Positions 51,301-60,711 are shown, counted from the first letter of the stretch. The stretch is 64,000 nt of DNA from Sedimentisphaerales bacterium (GCA_963663965.2 CAXXFK010000010.1:160001-224000), one strand, 5' to 3'. Notes: generated by a model not told the origin, from the letters alone. A program made the numbers and translations.

Positions 51301-52751
51301 GTCTCATTGAATCCCAAATTCATACTGGTCAGGGAGGATAAATCCAGCAAACTGCCTGTGCCCGTGCTGCCAAATAAATCCCAAACCTTCGTCTCATAAG
51401 ATCCATCGTCATCCGATTGTAGCAGACCCGTCGAAGCGTAACTCTCCGCGACCACATCCCCACTGATGACACCCCACTGCCGCCCGCCATTCACAAACAA
51501 TTGCGCATTGTTAATATCCTGCAATCCACCCGTCTCAAACACATTCATCGCATCGATCTTCACCTTGCTGCGACTGCCGGAAAAACTGATCAGTTCAGGC
51601 GCCCGGAAAATATAAGAGGTATCTTCATTCCCATCCCAGTATATATCCAGATTCGCCTCGGTCAAATCCGGCAATATCACCTCGCTGCTGGAATCCAGAT
51701 AAAACGTGCTGGCGTCAATGCTATGCAAACCCCCATTAAACCGGCTGTTGGCGCCCAAGGTCAGACTGCTGCTGGATAACTGGACCAGTTCATCCGCATT
51801 CAGAAGGCTGTCAGCCGATAGCGAAATGGATGAATTCGACAGCGTCGATAACACCGGCATATTCAATATGCTGGAAGGCTGGGTCATCGACACCTGCATC
51901 CGATTGACGCTGGTCAATACCGGAAACTCCCACAGATCGCGGGCGATATTGAACCGCACCGTCCCGCTGCCGGCGCTGGTTACCTGCTGCAAACTGCCTA
52001 AATCGATCTCGGCGTCGCCACTGCAATTGAACTCCACCCAGTCCTGACTGCGCACCGGACCGGTGATCCGCGTTACTCCCGAAAAATCAATCTTGCCGCC
52101 CGCGCCGGCCGTGATCCGCTGATAACAGGTATCCCGATACGAATTGCCGTACACAGTCTCATTGAATCCCAAATTCATGCTGGTCAGGGAGGATAAATCC
52201 AGCAAACTGCCTGTGCCCGTGCTGCCAAATAAATCCCAAACCTTCGTCTCATAAGATCCATCGTCATCCGACTGCAAAAGACCTGTCGAAGCATATCCCC
52301 CCATTACCGGAAGACTTAACACTCCGTTATCCACAAACATCCGTGCCCGATTCCCCGTAATCAGATAATCCCCTCCTGGCTGAGCGATCAGAGAAGCATC
52401 ATCAACGGATATTATCCCGTTAAAAATACCTTGCGCCATAATATTAATATCGCTCCCCGGTTCCACTGATAACGTACTATCCGATCCCATCGTCATTCCA
52501 AATAATTCGATGGGCCAGTTCATATTGTAAGTCACGTTGCCGCCACCTGGGATATCCGCGATATAATCATCCCACAAATCATTAAAGGGAATAGCGCCAT
52601 TGACCCAGTTTAAAGAATACCAGTAGTTATCGGACGCCGCGCCCGACCAGGTACTGGTAACCAGATCAGCAGGCAATAATGACGTTATACCAGCCAGCAA
52701 GCAAAAAAAGAATACCAACACATTTATTCTCGTGTGCAAGACCGTGGCCAT
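48312..52751 (-). CDS. Secreted repeat (beta-solenoid/LRR-like) surface protein with dockerin-like tail; paralogue of 33661-37161
   Basis: AGGAG RBS, signal peptide, WSGAASDNYWYSLNW cap, ~3.4 repeats of 285 aa, C-terminal QYLEVG...IGQLVVG...NGNRG..GRESLYL, ADVNCNCRIDLVDF...CGGADVNMNGMVDLND...WLK. Confidence 0.85.
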   Translation of the reverse strand: MATVLHTRINVLVFFFCLLAGITSLLPADLVTSTWSGAASDNYWYSLNWVNGAIPFNDLWDDYIADIPGGGNVTYNMNWPIELFGMTMGSDSTLSVEPGSDINIMAQGIFNGIISVDDASLIAQPGGDYLITGNRARMFVDNGVLSLPVMGGYASTGLLQSDDDGSYETKVWDLFGSTGTGSLLDLSSLTSMNLGFNETVYGNSYRDTCYQRITAGAGGKIDFSGVTRITGPVRSQDWVEFNCSGDAEIDLGSLQQVTSAGSGTVRFNIARDLWEFPVLTSVNRMQVSMTQPSSILNMPVLSTLSNSSISLSADSLLNADELVQLSSSSLTLGANSRFNGGLHSIDASTFYLDSSSEVILPDLTEANLDIYWDGNEDTSYIFRAPELISFSGSRSKVKIDAMNVFETGGLQDINNAQLFVNGGRQWGVISGDVVAESYASTGLLQSDDDGSYETKVWDLFGSTGTGSLLDLSSLTSMNLGFNETVYGNSYRDTCYQRISAGAGGKIDFSGVTRITGPVRSQDWVEFNCSGDAEIDLGSLQQVTSAGSGTVRFNIARDLWEFPVLTSVNRMQVSMTQPSSILNMPVLSTLSNSSISLSADSLLNADELVQLSSSSLTLGANSRFNGGLHSIDASTFYLDSSSEVILPDLTEANLDIYWDGNEDTSYIFRAPELISFSGSRSKVKIDAMNVFETGGLQDINNAQLFVNGGRQWGVISGDVVAESYASTGLLQSDDDGSYETKVWDLFGSTGTGSLLDLSSLTSMNLGFNETVYGNSYRDTCYQRITAGAGGKIDFSGVTRITGPVRSQDWVEFNCSGDAEIDLGSLQQVTSAGSGTVRFNIARDLWEFPVLTSVNRMQVSMTQPSSILNMPAVSSIANASLSLAADSQFNAGELGSLSNSSITLGANSQFYSGLHTISASTFYLDSNSEVVLPDLTGANLDIYWDGNEDTSYIFRAPELISFSGSRSKVKIDAMNVFETGGLQDINNAQLFVNGGRQWGVISGDVVAGSYASTGLLQSDDDGSYETKVWDLFGSTGTGSLLDLSSLTSMNLGFNETVYGNSYRDTCYQRITAGAGGKIDFSGVTRITGPVRSQDWVEFNCSGDAEIDLGSLQQVTSAGSGVTKFNINNSRLRLGNIYSSGNAQFNMVGYNALVFVEKDLLLGSSTTISSSEMPILAIAGNYSFAHQVETSVNLEDARLIMTGELPRSIGGDSMALPAAMCDDGPMEVEPAVSNVENTYVNMLAGGEFSGMADAFLALASGQNAISADSDIQPAGPTDWGDIWTDDPNDPQNYIQYLEVGCSDGGLEQALTDNFAIGQLVVGQTSQSTMVCLSDLVNNGNRGSLGRESLYLAGNQTTDGLRIIGGSTLILNDIRVYARIEGAMALVNELIPDGETVAPFDQGFIALDLEAATTGYCGSLDQPRPLADVNCNCRIDLVDFAAVSAQWLDADCYLPDWCGGADVNMNGMVDLNDIMMIDTEWLK
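49400..52292. repeat. Intragenic near-identical tandem repeat, 855-bp unit, ~3.4 copies
   Basis: ACC(C/T)GTCGAAGC recurs at 49716, 50571, 51426 and 52281, exactly 855 apart. The ORF track shows identical shadow ORFs at 50646/51501 and 50851/51706. Confidence 0.95.
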
Positions 52752-52808
52752 AAGAATACTCCTTTGGGCGACTTATAAAAGTATACTATTTTTCTGAAAA
52801 ACCTATAA

Positions 52809-53330
52809 TTACCGACCCGCAAGCCGGCGCTTGATAAAACCAATCACCATTCCAACTCCACCTAAAACCATCATATTCGGTTCCGGCACGGTATACCCGG
52901 ATTCAATCAAGCTGAAATCATCCGGATCAAGTACTTCATAAAACTGGGATCCCGGTTGACCGGCGCTATTCCACTTGAACCGAACCGCGAATCCTTCCAT
53001 ATCATCTCCAGGGCCAATACCTTCATCTTTGGCCAGAAGATCGTAACCATGCCCCCGCCCCACGACATCGTGCAGGATCGCTTCATCCCATTCAGAAATG
53101 ATCGAATTTCCTGATACGATTTCAAACTGCCCGGCGTTTGTTTCAAACCAGATCGTCAAGCTTTTGATCGGTTCTATCTCGCTATGGTTATTGACAACGC
53201 GATAGGCATACTCCCATTGTTGATTACCCAGATCGGATAATTGATACTCTATCAGCGCCCCCTGTACACTCCCGGCGGCCCATACTATTATGAATGCCAT
53301 CAACAAAACTACCCAATATTTCATAATCAC
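52809..53330 (-). CDS. PEP-CTERM (exosortase target) surface protein
   Basis: GGAG RBS, signal peptide, C-terminal TVPEPNMMVLGGVGMVIGFIKRR (PEP + TM + basic tail). Confidence 0.9.
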   Translation of the reverse strand: MIMKYWVVLLMAFIIVWAAGSVQGALIEYQLSDLGNQQWEYAYRVVNNHSEIEPIKSLTIWFETNAGQFEIVSGNSIISEWDEAILHDVVGRGHGYDLLAKDEGIGPGDDMEGFAVRFKWNSAGQPGSQFYEVLDPDDFSLIESGYTVPEPNMMVLGGVGMVIGFIKRRLAGR

Positions 53331-54064
53331 ATCGCTCCTGTTTGATAATCAATGAATCTAAAACTGATTAGATATACACGGTTATGCCATATATCTTGCG
53401 CTGAAAATATCAAAAAAATACAAACCAGTAATATAACACAAACACATTTTGAGATGATATTCTCATTTCTCTTCCCGGAAAACATAGAGAAAATCATAAA
53501 ATAAAAATATAGCCTAACATCCATAATAAAAAATTTTATCTTATAAAACAATCCCAAATATCATATTAGCCTAAAATTAACCAGATATGAATACCCGTAA
53601 CAATCAAATCTTGCTTGACCGACTTTATATCGATGCGAACAATGTCAATTCAGGTACTTTAGGCAGTCTAGGCAACAACTATATCACTATAGTTAAATCT
53701 TACCCCACTCTCGGGCTTCAGTTCCCTGAACGCCCAAATCAATCCAGCCATGAATATCCATATCTCCCTAAGCTCTGGTTGAGTATTGGTCATCCCTGTA
53801 AACAGATCTTCCATCGATAACTATTGACGTTTCCGAACTGGCACATGTGAGTTACCGATCCGATCATGAGATGACTCCCAATATCAGGCGGGTTGTGCAT
53901 CTGCTTAAAAAATGAATGTTAAAGACAATTATTGATCTATTCGGGGAAAAATTTGACTGGAGTAACAGGTTTAACCGGCATATAATGCGTTTCTGTTTTC
54001 TGCCGATTGATCTCAATATTAATTCTTGTCACTCGCTTTCGAAATTAAGGAGAAAATTCTACTT

Positions 54065-57000
54065 ATGATTACTCGAAATGCATCATTCGGTCATCTATTG
54101 AAAAAGCGCTGTCTGCTGATAATAATCCTGTTGTTGTTTCCTTGTCAATTGATCCAGGCGGCATTCCAAGATGATTTTGAAGCCGGGGTATTCAAATCAG
54201 ACTGGATTGCTAAAAACATTGCAACCATTGTACATAATCCGGGCCAGGGAGCAAATGGCAGTGATTATTATGTTCATATTACTGGCGCGGAGGCGAATGA
54301 AGAGACTCTAGGGGGCTATTTTGTGAATTCTTCCCCAGGCAACACTCCCAATTTTATTTTAAGTTTTTCCTTTCGTTTCACTGACACAAACCAGCGTCAA
54401 TTCAATGTGACTATCGGGCCACCGAACCTGGCAACCAATAACAATACCGGGTCTGATATATTCATTAATCTGGCCTATGATGGATCCGATAATCGATTTG
54501 AGGCCTATGCGGGAAGTTGGAAACCATTAACTGGCCTTCCCAACAACCTGACCTCAAACGACTGGCATTCAGTGGCAATCACCGGTCGGAACTTTGGCAC
54601 TGCCGGCGCGCAATATGACGTGGCTGTTGATGGCATAACCCAGACGGGAATTACTTATTTTCATGGCGCAGCTGCCGCGACCAGTTTACCAGTGGGTGGT
54701 TTCAATTTCAATGACCGCTTTGGCGATAATCCGGGATTTGACATCGATAATGTCCGGGTGGAAGTGCCCGGAACAATTCTGATCACTGAAACAAATGACA
54801 ACACTAAAGTCAAAGAAGCCGGAACAACTTCAGACACTTTCACTATTGCACCCGGCTCCCAACCTGAGGCTCCAGTGACTGTTGACCTCAATGTGCTTGA
54901 AAACCCTGCGCAAATTAATGTAACACCACACCAACTGGTCTTTACACCCTCGGACTTCACGGCGAAAACGATAACGGTAACAGCGGTGGATGATAATAAC
55001 ACCGAAGATTATTTCCATAACAGCACATTAACTTTCACGGTTAGCAGTGCAGATCCCGATTATCAGAACCTGAGCATTCCCGACTTGACGATGATTGTGG
55101 TGGATGATGAAAGCACCTATCGTTACCCATGTTTCAGCGGTATCTATCCCCATACTGCCGTAACGAACACCTCGAATGAATGCGGTATCGGTGCGGTTGT
55201 CAACTGGGCCAATAATCTATGGTATGTAACCTACGCGCCCCACGAACCCAGAGGCAGCACGGACAAATTTTATCAATTGGATGATGACCTGATGGTCACC
55301 ATCCGACCGGAAAGTATTGGCGGTACCCCCGCTAACCGGATGATCCATTCCGAATCGAATCAGTTGTTCATCGGATCCTATATCATTGATGAAGCAGGGA
55401 ACACACGTACCATACCGCTTACCCAAATGCCTGGACGAATGTCCGCGAATGCCCGTCACTTATTCGACCCCGCCAATAAGATCTATTATTATACCATGGA
55501 AGAAGGCCTCTACGAAGTTGATGTCCATACCCTGGAAGTCACTACCCTGCATCCGGATCGGAATACTCCCGGTGTGACAGACCTGATTCCGGGTAATCAC
55601 GGCAAAGGGGCTTATTCCGGCCAGGGCCGGCTGGTCATCTCTAACAATGGAACCGGAGGCGCCCTGGCAGAATGGGATGGTTCCGGCGATCCCGGTCTGG
55701 CATCCAGTTGGGTAATCATTGATCAAAATAAATATACCGATATCACCGGCCCCGGTGGAATTTATGGTAATACCAGCCGGGATGATCCACTTTGGGCGAT
55801 CGGATGGGATAACAAATCGGTTCTGCTGAATGTGTGTGATCACAATGGCCATTGGAAGCGATTCCGGCTGCCCAAAGCCAGTTATACCCATGATGCGGAT
55901 CATGGCTGGTTCACCGAATGGCCCAGAATTCGGCCGGCCGATCCCCAGACCCGTATGATGGATATGCATGGCATGTTTTATCGGTTCCCTGACAGTTTCA
56001 GCCATGATAACACGGCCGGTATCCAGCCATTAAGCACCCATCTGAAAATGGTTGTGGACTGGGAATATCGAAATGGCCGGCTAATCTGGGGATGCAATGA
56101 TGCCTCTCAATTCAGTAACCCGACAGTTGATAAAGCTTTATCCAATCTGCGTTTCACGACATTGGCCGAAATAGCCGACCTGGGCCGGCCCATGGGATTT
56201 GGCGGCCCCTGGATTCAGGATTCAATAGAAGCCAATGTTCCTTCTGAACCCATTTTCATCAATGGCTTTGACCATCGTGTCATTCATTTTACCCATGACA
56301 AAGGGCAACCGGTTCACTTTATGATTGAAGTGGATAAAAGCGGTACGGATTCATGGTCACCTCTGACAACAGTTACGGTCGAAGCGGATGGCTATGGCTA
56401 TTATATTTTACCGACGGATCTGTCAGCGGAATGGCTTCGCCTGAAGACGGATACCCCCATCCATTCAGCAACTGCCTATTTGCATTATTCATCCGACCAA
56501 CAGACTATCCAACCAAAATTGTTAGCCAGTTTGCCCCAAGCTAACGAAAAAGCATGTTATTCCACGGGCCTTATCCGAGGCAGAAATGTCAGTGAGCTGA
56601 CGTTACAATTTGCTGCTGATATGATCGATGCGGACGGCACGATTGCGAAAACCGGTTATTATGAAATTGGCGAAGATATGCGATTGATAGCTATCGATGC
56701 GCCAGATCGTGAAACCTGGCTGCGTAATACTCACCCGACAACTCAGGATTTTACTGTCGATGACGCCTCGGTTATTGTCACTTACCATGGAGAGAAATTC
56801 CGTTTACCGAAAAATGATCCTGCTTACGATTCACCCGGTCCATCCGGCTGGCCCCGCGGAATTCGGGAGCTAGTAACGGAACGACAGATGATGAATATTC
56901 ATGGAACCTTTTACGAACTGCCCTATAGCGCATCAGGCGGTATGTGGAAGATCCGGCCAATAACGACCCACAACCGGAAAATATTCGATTTCTGTTCCTG

Positions 57001-57586
57001 GCGCGGCATGCTGGTCATGTCGGGTAATTTTACTGACGCGCCTGATGATGACCACTATGTTCGCTCGACTGATGACAAAACCGGATTATGGTTTGGTAAT
57101 GTGGATGATCTTTATAACATGGGCATCCCTCGCGGTGTCGGCGGCCCCTGGAAAAATACCCCAGTGAAAGCCAATACCCCTTCATTACCGTATCTGATGA
57201 CCGGCTATGACAATAAAACCGTTGAGCTTTCACACAATCTCAGTGAAGCCGTTACTTTTACCCTGGAAGTAGATTTTCTGGGCGCCAATACCTGGTCGAG
57301 CTATAAGAGTATCAGCGTGCCTGCTGGAAAGATCGTCCGGCATGAATTTCCCGTCGGTTATAATGCCCACTGGATACGAATCAAAACGGATAAAGAATGC
57401 ACAGCTACGGCCTGGTTAATTTATAATCCACTATATACCGGCCAGGATGGCTTGAAAGATTTTATCCATCTGGCCAGGAATTGGCGCTGCAATTTTTGCA
57501 GTCCATTCAATGGCGCAGACCTGAATTTTGATGGACAAGTCAATATGTCCGATTTTGTTCGGTTACTTAATTTCTGGCTGACCTAA
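54065..57586 (+). CDS. Large secreted protein: ConA-like N-domain, Calx-beta/cadherin-like linker, ~770-aa domain of unknown function, dockerin-like tail
   Basis: Signal peptide, FQDDFE...FDIDNVRV, V.E.GTTSDTFTI...LVFTP....TITVTAVDD, then SGIYPH...ECGIGAVVNWA...ESIGGTPANRMIH...GWFTEWPRIR, C-terminal GADLNFDGQVNMSDF...FWL. ORF track starts at 54026. Confidence 0.8.
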   Translation: MITRNASFGHLLKKRCLLIIILLLFPCQLIQAAFQDDFEAGVFKSDWIAKNIATIVHNPGQGANGSDYYVHITGAEANEETLGGYFVNSSPGNTPNFILSFSFRFTDTNQRQFNVTIGPPNLATNNNTGSDIFINLAYDGSDNRFEAYAGSWKPLTGLPNNLTSNDWHSVAITGRNFGTAGAQYDVAVDGITQTGITYFHGAAAATSLPVGGFNFNDRFGDNPGFDIDNVRVEVPGTILITETNDNTKVKEAGTTSDTFTIAPGSQPEAPVTVDLNVLENPAQINVTPHQLVFTPSDFTAKTITVTAVDDNNTEDYFHNSTLTFTVSSADPDYQNLSIPDLTMIVVDDESTYRYPCFSGIYPHTAVTNTSNECGIGAVVNWANNLWYVTYAPHEPRGSTDKFYQLDDDLMVTIRPESIGGTPANRMIHSESNQLFIGSYIIDEAGNTRTIPLTQMPGRMSANARHLFDPANKIYYYTMEEGLYEVDVHTLEVTTLHPDRNTPGVTDLIPGNHGKGAYSGQGRLVISNNGTGGALAEWDGSGDPGLASSWVIIDQNKYTDITGPGGIYGNTSRDDPLWAIGWDNKSVLLNVCDHNGHWKRFRLPKASYTHDADHGWFTEWPRIRPADPQTRMMDMHGMFYRFPDSFSHDNTAGIQPLSTHLKMVVDWEYRNGRLIWGCNDASQFSNPTVDKALSNLRFTTLAEIADLGRPMGFGGPWIQDSIEANVPSEPIFINGFDHRVIHFTHDKGQPVHFMIEVDKSGTDSWSPLTTVTVEADGYGYYILPTDLSAEWLRLKTDTPIHSATAYLHYSSDQQTIQPKLLASLPQANEKACYSTGLIRGRNVSELTLQFAADMIDADGTIAKTGYYEIGEDMRLIAIDAPDRETWLRNTHPTTQDFTVDDASVIVTYHGEKFRLPKNDPAYDSPGPSGWPRGIRELVTERQMMNIHGTFYELPYSASGGMWKIRPITTHNRKIFDFCSWRGMLVMSGNFTDAPDDDHYVRSTDDKTGLWFGNVDDLYNMGIPRGVGGPWKNTPVKANTPSLPYLMTGYDNKTVELSHNLSEAVTFTLEVDFLGANTWSSYKSISVPAGKIVRHEFPVGYNAHWIRIKTDKECTATAWLIYNPLYTGQDGLKDFIHLARNWRCNFCSPFNGADLNFDGQVNMSDFVRLLNFWLT

Positions 57587-57648
57587 CTGCCATGATTGAA
57601 AATATCCGTTTTGGAAATCCAGATGCGTTGTAATTAACCGAGATTTAA

Positions 57649-57810
57649 GGGTACCTCTAAATATTGCTTTAGAGGCGAGAGCAAGAATGGTTTTTCTCTG
57701 GCAAGGAACAAAGAACCGGGCATATTTGACGATATTCACGGTTTTTTTGTGACGCAGCCCAGAGGAAAACCAGACTGCTTGCAGCCCTGAATGAATTTTT
57801 AGAGGTTCCC
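57649..57810. mobile_element. Miniature inverted-repeat transposable element (MITE), 162 bp, TTAA target-site duplication
   Basis: Terminal inverted repeats GGGTACCTCTAAA / TTTAGAGGTTCCC (12/13 match), TTAA on both flanks (57645-48, 57811-14), nested internal inverted repeats, no ORF. Confidence 0.8.
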
Positions 57811-59247
57811 TTAATATGAAGTTTCAGCATTCCAGGGTTTTACTGGAAATGAATCTTCCGTTTTATTTTTCCAGATCTCAATTTCAGCCAATAGATCATT
57901 TTTTATTACTTGATAATCCGGCTGACTGATTAAATTATCCATTTCATAAGGGTCCGTTTTCAAATCATACAGCTTCACCGGTGTCTGATTGACGCCATCT
58001 CCTTCAATTACCAGTTTATAATCTCCTTTGACCACGGCCCGCCACTGATCCTGTACCCCGCCGTAGATGGATTCATCTGGCAAGCCGGCTTCAGACAACG
58101 CCGCAGATTTATCCTTGCCCGTGCAAGTTTTTGGCGCTTCCAAACCACAGAGCGATAACAGCGTAGGCATTAAATCAGCGGAACTGATTAGATGCTCTAC
58201 AAACTGTCCAGATTTGATTTTGCCGGGTAGTCGCATTAATAAAGGCACATGCCAGGATTCTTCTTCAGGCTCGCCCTTATAGGTCAGATTATGCGATTGA
58301 TGCAAATCGCCATGATCCGCGCTAAAAACGACCAGAGTATTGTCCGCCAGTCCTTCTTTTTCCAGTGCATCCATTAAGCGACCAAATTCAAAATCCATCG
58401 CCGTACAATGCGCGAAATAATCTTTAAGACTATTTTTCGCAGCACTGACCTTATCCGCCGGCACATTCGGCCGCACGACAATATCAGAGGCGTTATAGGT
58501 ATATTCCTCCGGATGGTCAGCATAGGGAGTATGCGGCGGCCCCCAGGAAAGAAAACAGAAAAACGGCTGTTTTTTGCTCTGCTTGATAAACTGAATAGCC
58601 AGATCAGTTTGAAAAGCCGGTTCATAGGTATTGCCCGGATAAAGCCCCAGCGTGCTCATCTCCACACCTTCATTGGTCATCATAAAGGAATTGGAATACC
58701 AGTAATTATGACCCCGATTGAAACCCTCAAAGGTGGTAAATCCCCGCCGGTGCCAATCTCTGGGAACATAGCCATTGGGATACGTCTTGCCGGCGCCATT
58801 CATATGCCATTTGCCGATATAATGACAATTATATCCGGCTTCCGTGAATTCATGGGCAATACAGCGCTCTGAAGGTGGCAACATCAGGTCATTGGCATTC
58901 ATACCGGTCTGCCAGGGCCATCGGCCGGTAATAAGGGCTGAACGATTGGGAGTACAGACCGGATGGGTGGCATAACAGCGTGTCCAGTGAGCCCCCTGTT
59001 TGGAAAATCGATCAAGATGAGGCGTACGGACCACCTTATCGTGGTTGTAGCCATGTCCAAGCGCGCAAAATCGCCACTGGTCGGCCAGCACGAAAAGTAA
59101 ATTGAAACGCCGGGGCCCCAATCGTAACTGTAAACCATGGTTCGAGATATCCAGACCGGCCGCATATGAGGTAATCCCGGTTGAAGCAACCGAAATAGTT
59201 AACGACAACTGTTTGATAAATTCACGTCGATTCAAAATAGTCTCCAA
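57811..59247 (-). CDS. S1 sulfatase, Tat-exported
   Basis: NRREFIK Tat motif, NLLFVLADQWR, CTPNRSALITG, GKWHM, PPHTPY, SADHGD, LYDLKTDPYEMDNL. Confidence 0.92.
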   Translation of the reverse strand: METILNRREFIKQLSLTISVASTGITSYAAGLDISNHGLQLRLGPRRFNLLFVLADQWRFCALGHGYNHDKVVRTPHLDRFSKQGAHWTRCYATHPVCTPNRSALITGRWPWQTGMNANDLMLPPSERCIAHEFTEAGYNCHYIGKWHMNGAGKTYPNGYVPRDWHRRGFTTFEGFNRGHNYWYSNSFMMTNEGVEMSTLGLYPGNTYEPAFQTDLAIQFIKQSKKQPFFCFLSWGPPHTPYADHPEEYTYNASDIVVRPNVPADKVSAAKNSLKDYFAHCTAMDFEFGRLMDALEKEGLADNTLVVFSADHGDLHQSHNLTYKGEPEEESWHVPLLMRLPGKIKSGQFVEHLISSADLMPTLLSLCGLEAPKTCTGKDKSAALSEAGLPDESIYGGVQDQWRAVVKGDYKLVIEGDGVNQTPVKLYDLKTDPYEMDNLISQPDYQVIKNDLLAEIEIWKNKTEDSFPVKPWNAETSY

Positions 59248-59253
59248 AAATAA

Positions 59254-60711
59254 TCAACCTTGATAATCCGGATTCGCCTGTGTGGGAATAGGCGCGTTAA
59301 CGGCTTGCTGCCAGGCGATCAGTTCATTAAGCAATTCATCACGTTTGGTTTTATTGATACCGGCCAGATTATGCCGTTCGGAAAGATCACTGGCCAGATG
59401 GTAAAGCTCAATAGCATTATTACTGTCAATCGTCTCCCAGCCACCATCAAGAATCCATTCTTCAAAGTACATCAACAGCTTCCAGTCACCTTTACGGATG
59501 ACACTGACCGGGCGGGTACGAAAAATGGGATCACGGGCGTCTTCCATTCCCCCGCTGTATTTTTCCAGATAGCCGGGAAAATGCCAGAAAAGCGACTGGC
59601 GTGGCAGCGTCTGGCCGCCTTTAAACAGATCCAGGATACTTAACCCATCCAGCAGTTTCCCTTTGGGAGGCATGATACCCGCGATTTCGAGGAAGGTTGG
59701 ATAAAAATCGGTACTGATCACCGGCACATCACAGGATGTGGATGGTTTAATTATGCCCGGCCAGCGTACGACCATGGGTTCGCGAATCCCTCCTTCATAA
59801 AACATCCCCTTGGAACCACGCAAGGGAGCCATACAGGTTTTGGGGCCATAGCCACCATTATCGGAAAAGAAGAATACCACCGTTCGATCTGTCAGGTTCA
59901 GTTGATCGAGCTTGAGCATAATCCGCCCCACGCTTTCATCGACACTGTGAATCATGGCGGCATAAGGTGGATCGCTATGACAACCGTCAGGGGTTCGATC
60001 CTGATAAAGCTGAATGATCTCAGTTTTGGCTTCAATTGGAGTATGGACCGCGTGATGGGCCAGATAAAGGAAGAAAGGACGGTTTTTATTTTTTTCAATG
60101 AATGTTTCCGCTTCCTCAGTAAACTGATCGGTCAGATAATCCCCGTTCGGCAAAAAATGTTTAACATTACTGCCGTAATCATCCCGGTCGATCTCCCAGT
60201 CAAAACCCTGTACAATCGGATCGGTACCAATATGCCATTTTCCAATAGCCGCGGAAGTATACCCCGCCGGCCTCAACGCTTCAGCCATCGTTACATTTTC
60301 AGCCGGTACGGTCTTATTGTTTTCAACAGGAATCAGGCGCCGATCTTTGGAGTTGCCTCGCGCGGAAGAATCGACGGTGAAAACACCATGACGGGGAACA
60401 TACTGACCGGTGAGCAGACAAGCCCGGGTTGGAGCGCAATTGGCCGCGTTGGCATAGGCGTTGGTAAATATCATGCCCTGACCGGCCAGTTTATCGATGT
60501 TGGGCGTTCGATAATATTTGCTGCCCATATAGCTGACATCTTTCCAGCCCAGATCATCGATTAGAATAAAAATAATATTGGGACGCTTAGATTGAAATCG
60601 TAATTCAAGTTTCTGGTTTTTAACCGCCAATGCCGCACTGGCAATGCCCGATCCGAATAGCGCGGTAATACCCGCCTGGAAGCTGTTTGTCAGGAATTGT
60701 CTGCGATTCAT
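59254..60711 (-). CDS. S1 sulfatase, Tat-exported
   Basis: NRRQFL Tat motif, PNIIFILIDDLG, CAPTRACLLTG, GKWH, HHAVH, SDNGG, KGMFYEGGIREP. Confidence 0.93.
   Translation of the reverse strand: MNRRQFLTNSFQAGITALFGSGIASAALAVKNQKLELRFQSKRPNIIFILIDDLGWKDVSYMGSKYYRTPNIDKLAGQGMIFTNAYANAANCAPTRACLLTGQYVPRHGVFTVDSSARGNSKDRRLIPVENNKTVPAENVTMAEALRPAGYTSAAIGKWHIGTDPIVQGFDWEIDRDDYGSNVKHFLPNGDYLTDQFTEEAETFIEKNKNRPFFLYLAHHAVHTPIEAKTEIIQLYQDRTPDGCHSDPPYAAMIHSVDESVGRIMLKLDQLNLTDRTVVFFFSDNGGYGPKTCMAPLRGSKGMFYEGGIREPMVVRWPGIIKPSTSCDVPVISTDFYPTFLEIAGIMPPKGKLLDGLSILDLFKGGQTLPRQSLFWHFPGYLEKYSGGMEDARDPIFRTRPVSVIRKGDWKLLMYFEEWILDGGWETIDSNNAIELYHLASDLSERHNLAGINKTKRDELLNELIAWQQAVNAPIPTQANPDYQG

Noticed and set aside
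34590..52292. Long repeats as a CRISPR array or a DGR template/variable pair
   Set aside because: Units are 615 and 855 bp, in frame and without spacers. The differences I inspected are mostly synonymous rather than adenine-specific, and no reverse transcriptase or cas gene is present.
53327..53900. ORFs 53327-53557 (-) and 53587-53820 (+)
   Set aside because: AT-rich divergent intergenic region; translations show no recognisable family or convincing RBS.
53953..53986. TTGACT...TATAAT as a sigma70 promoter for the 54065 gene
   Set aside because: The spacing is 22 nt, too long. The TATAAT may be a real -10, but that -35 pairing is unsupported.
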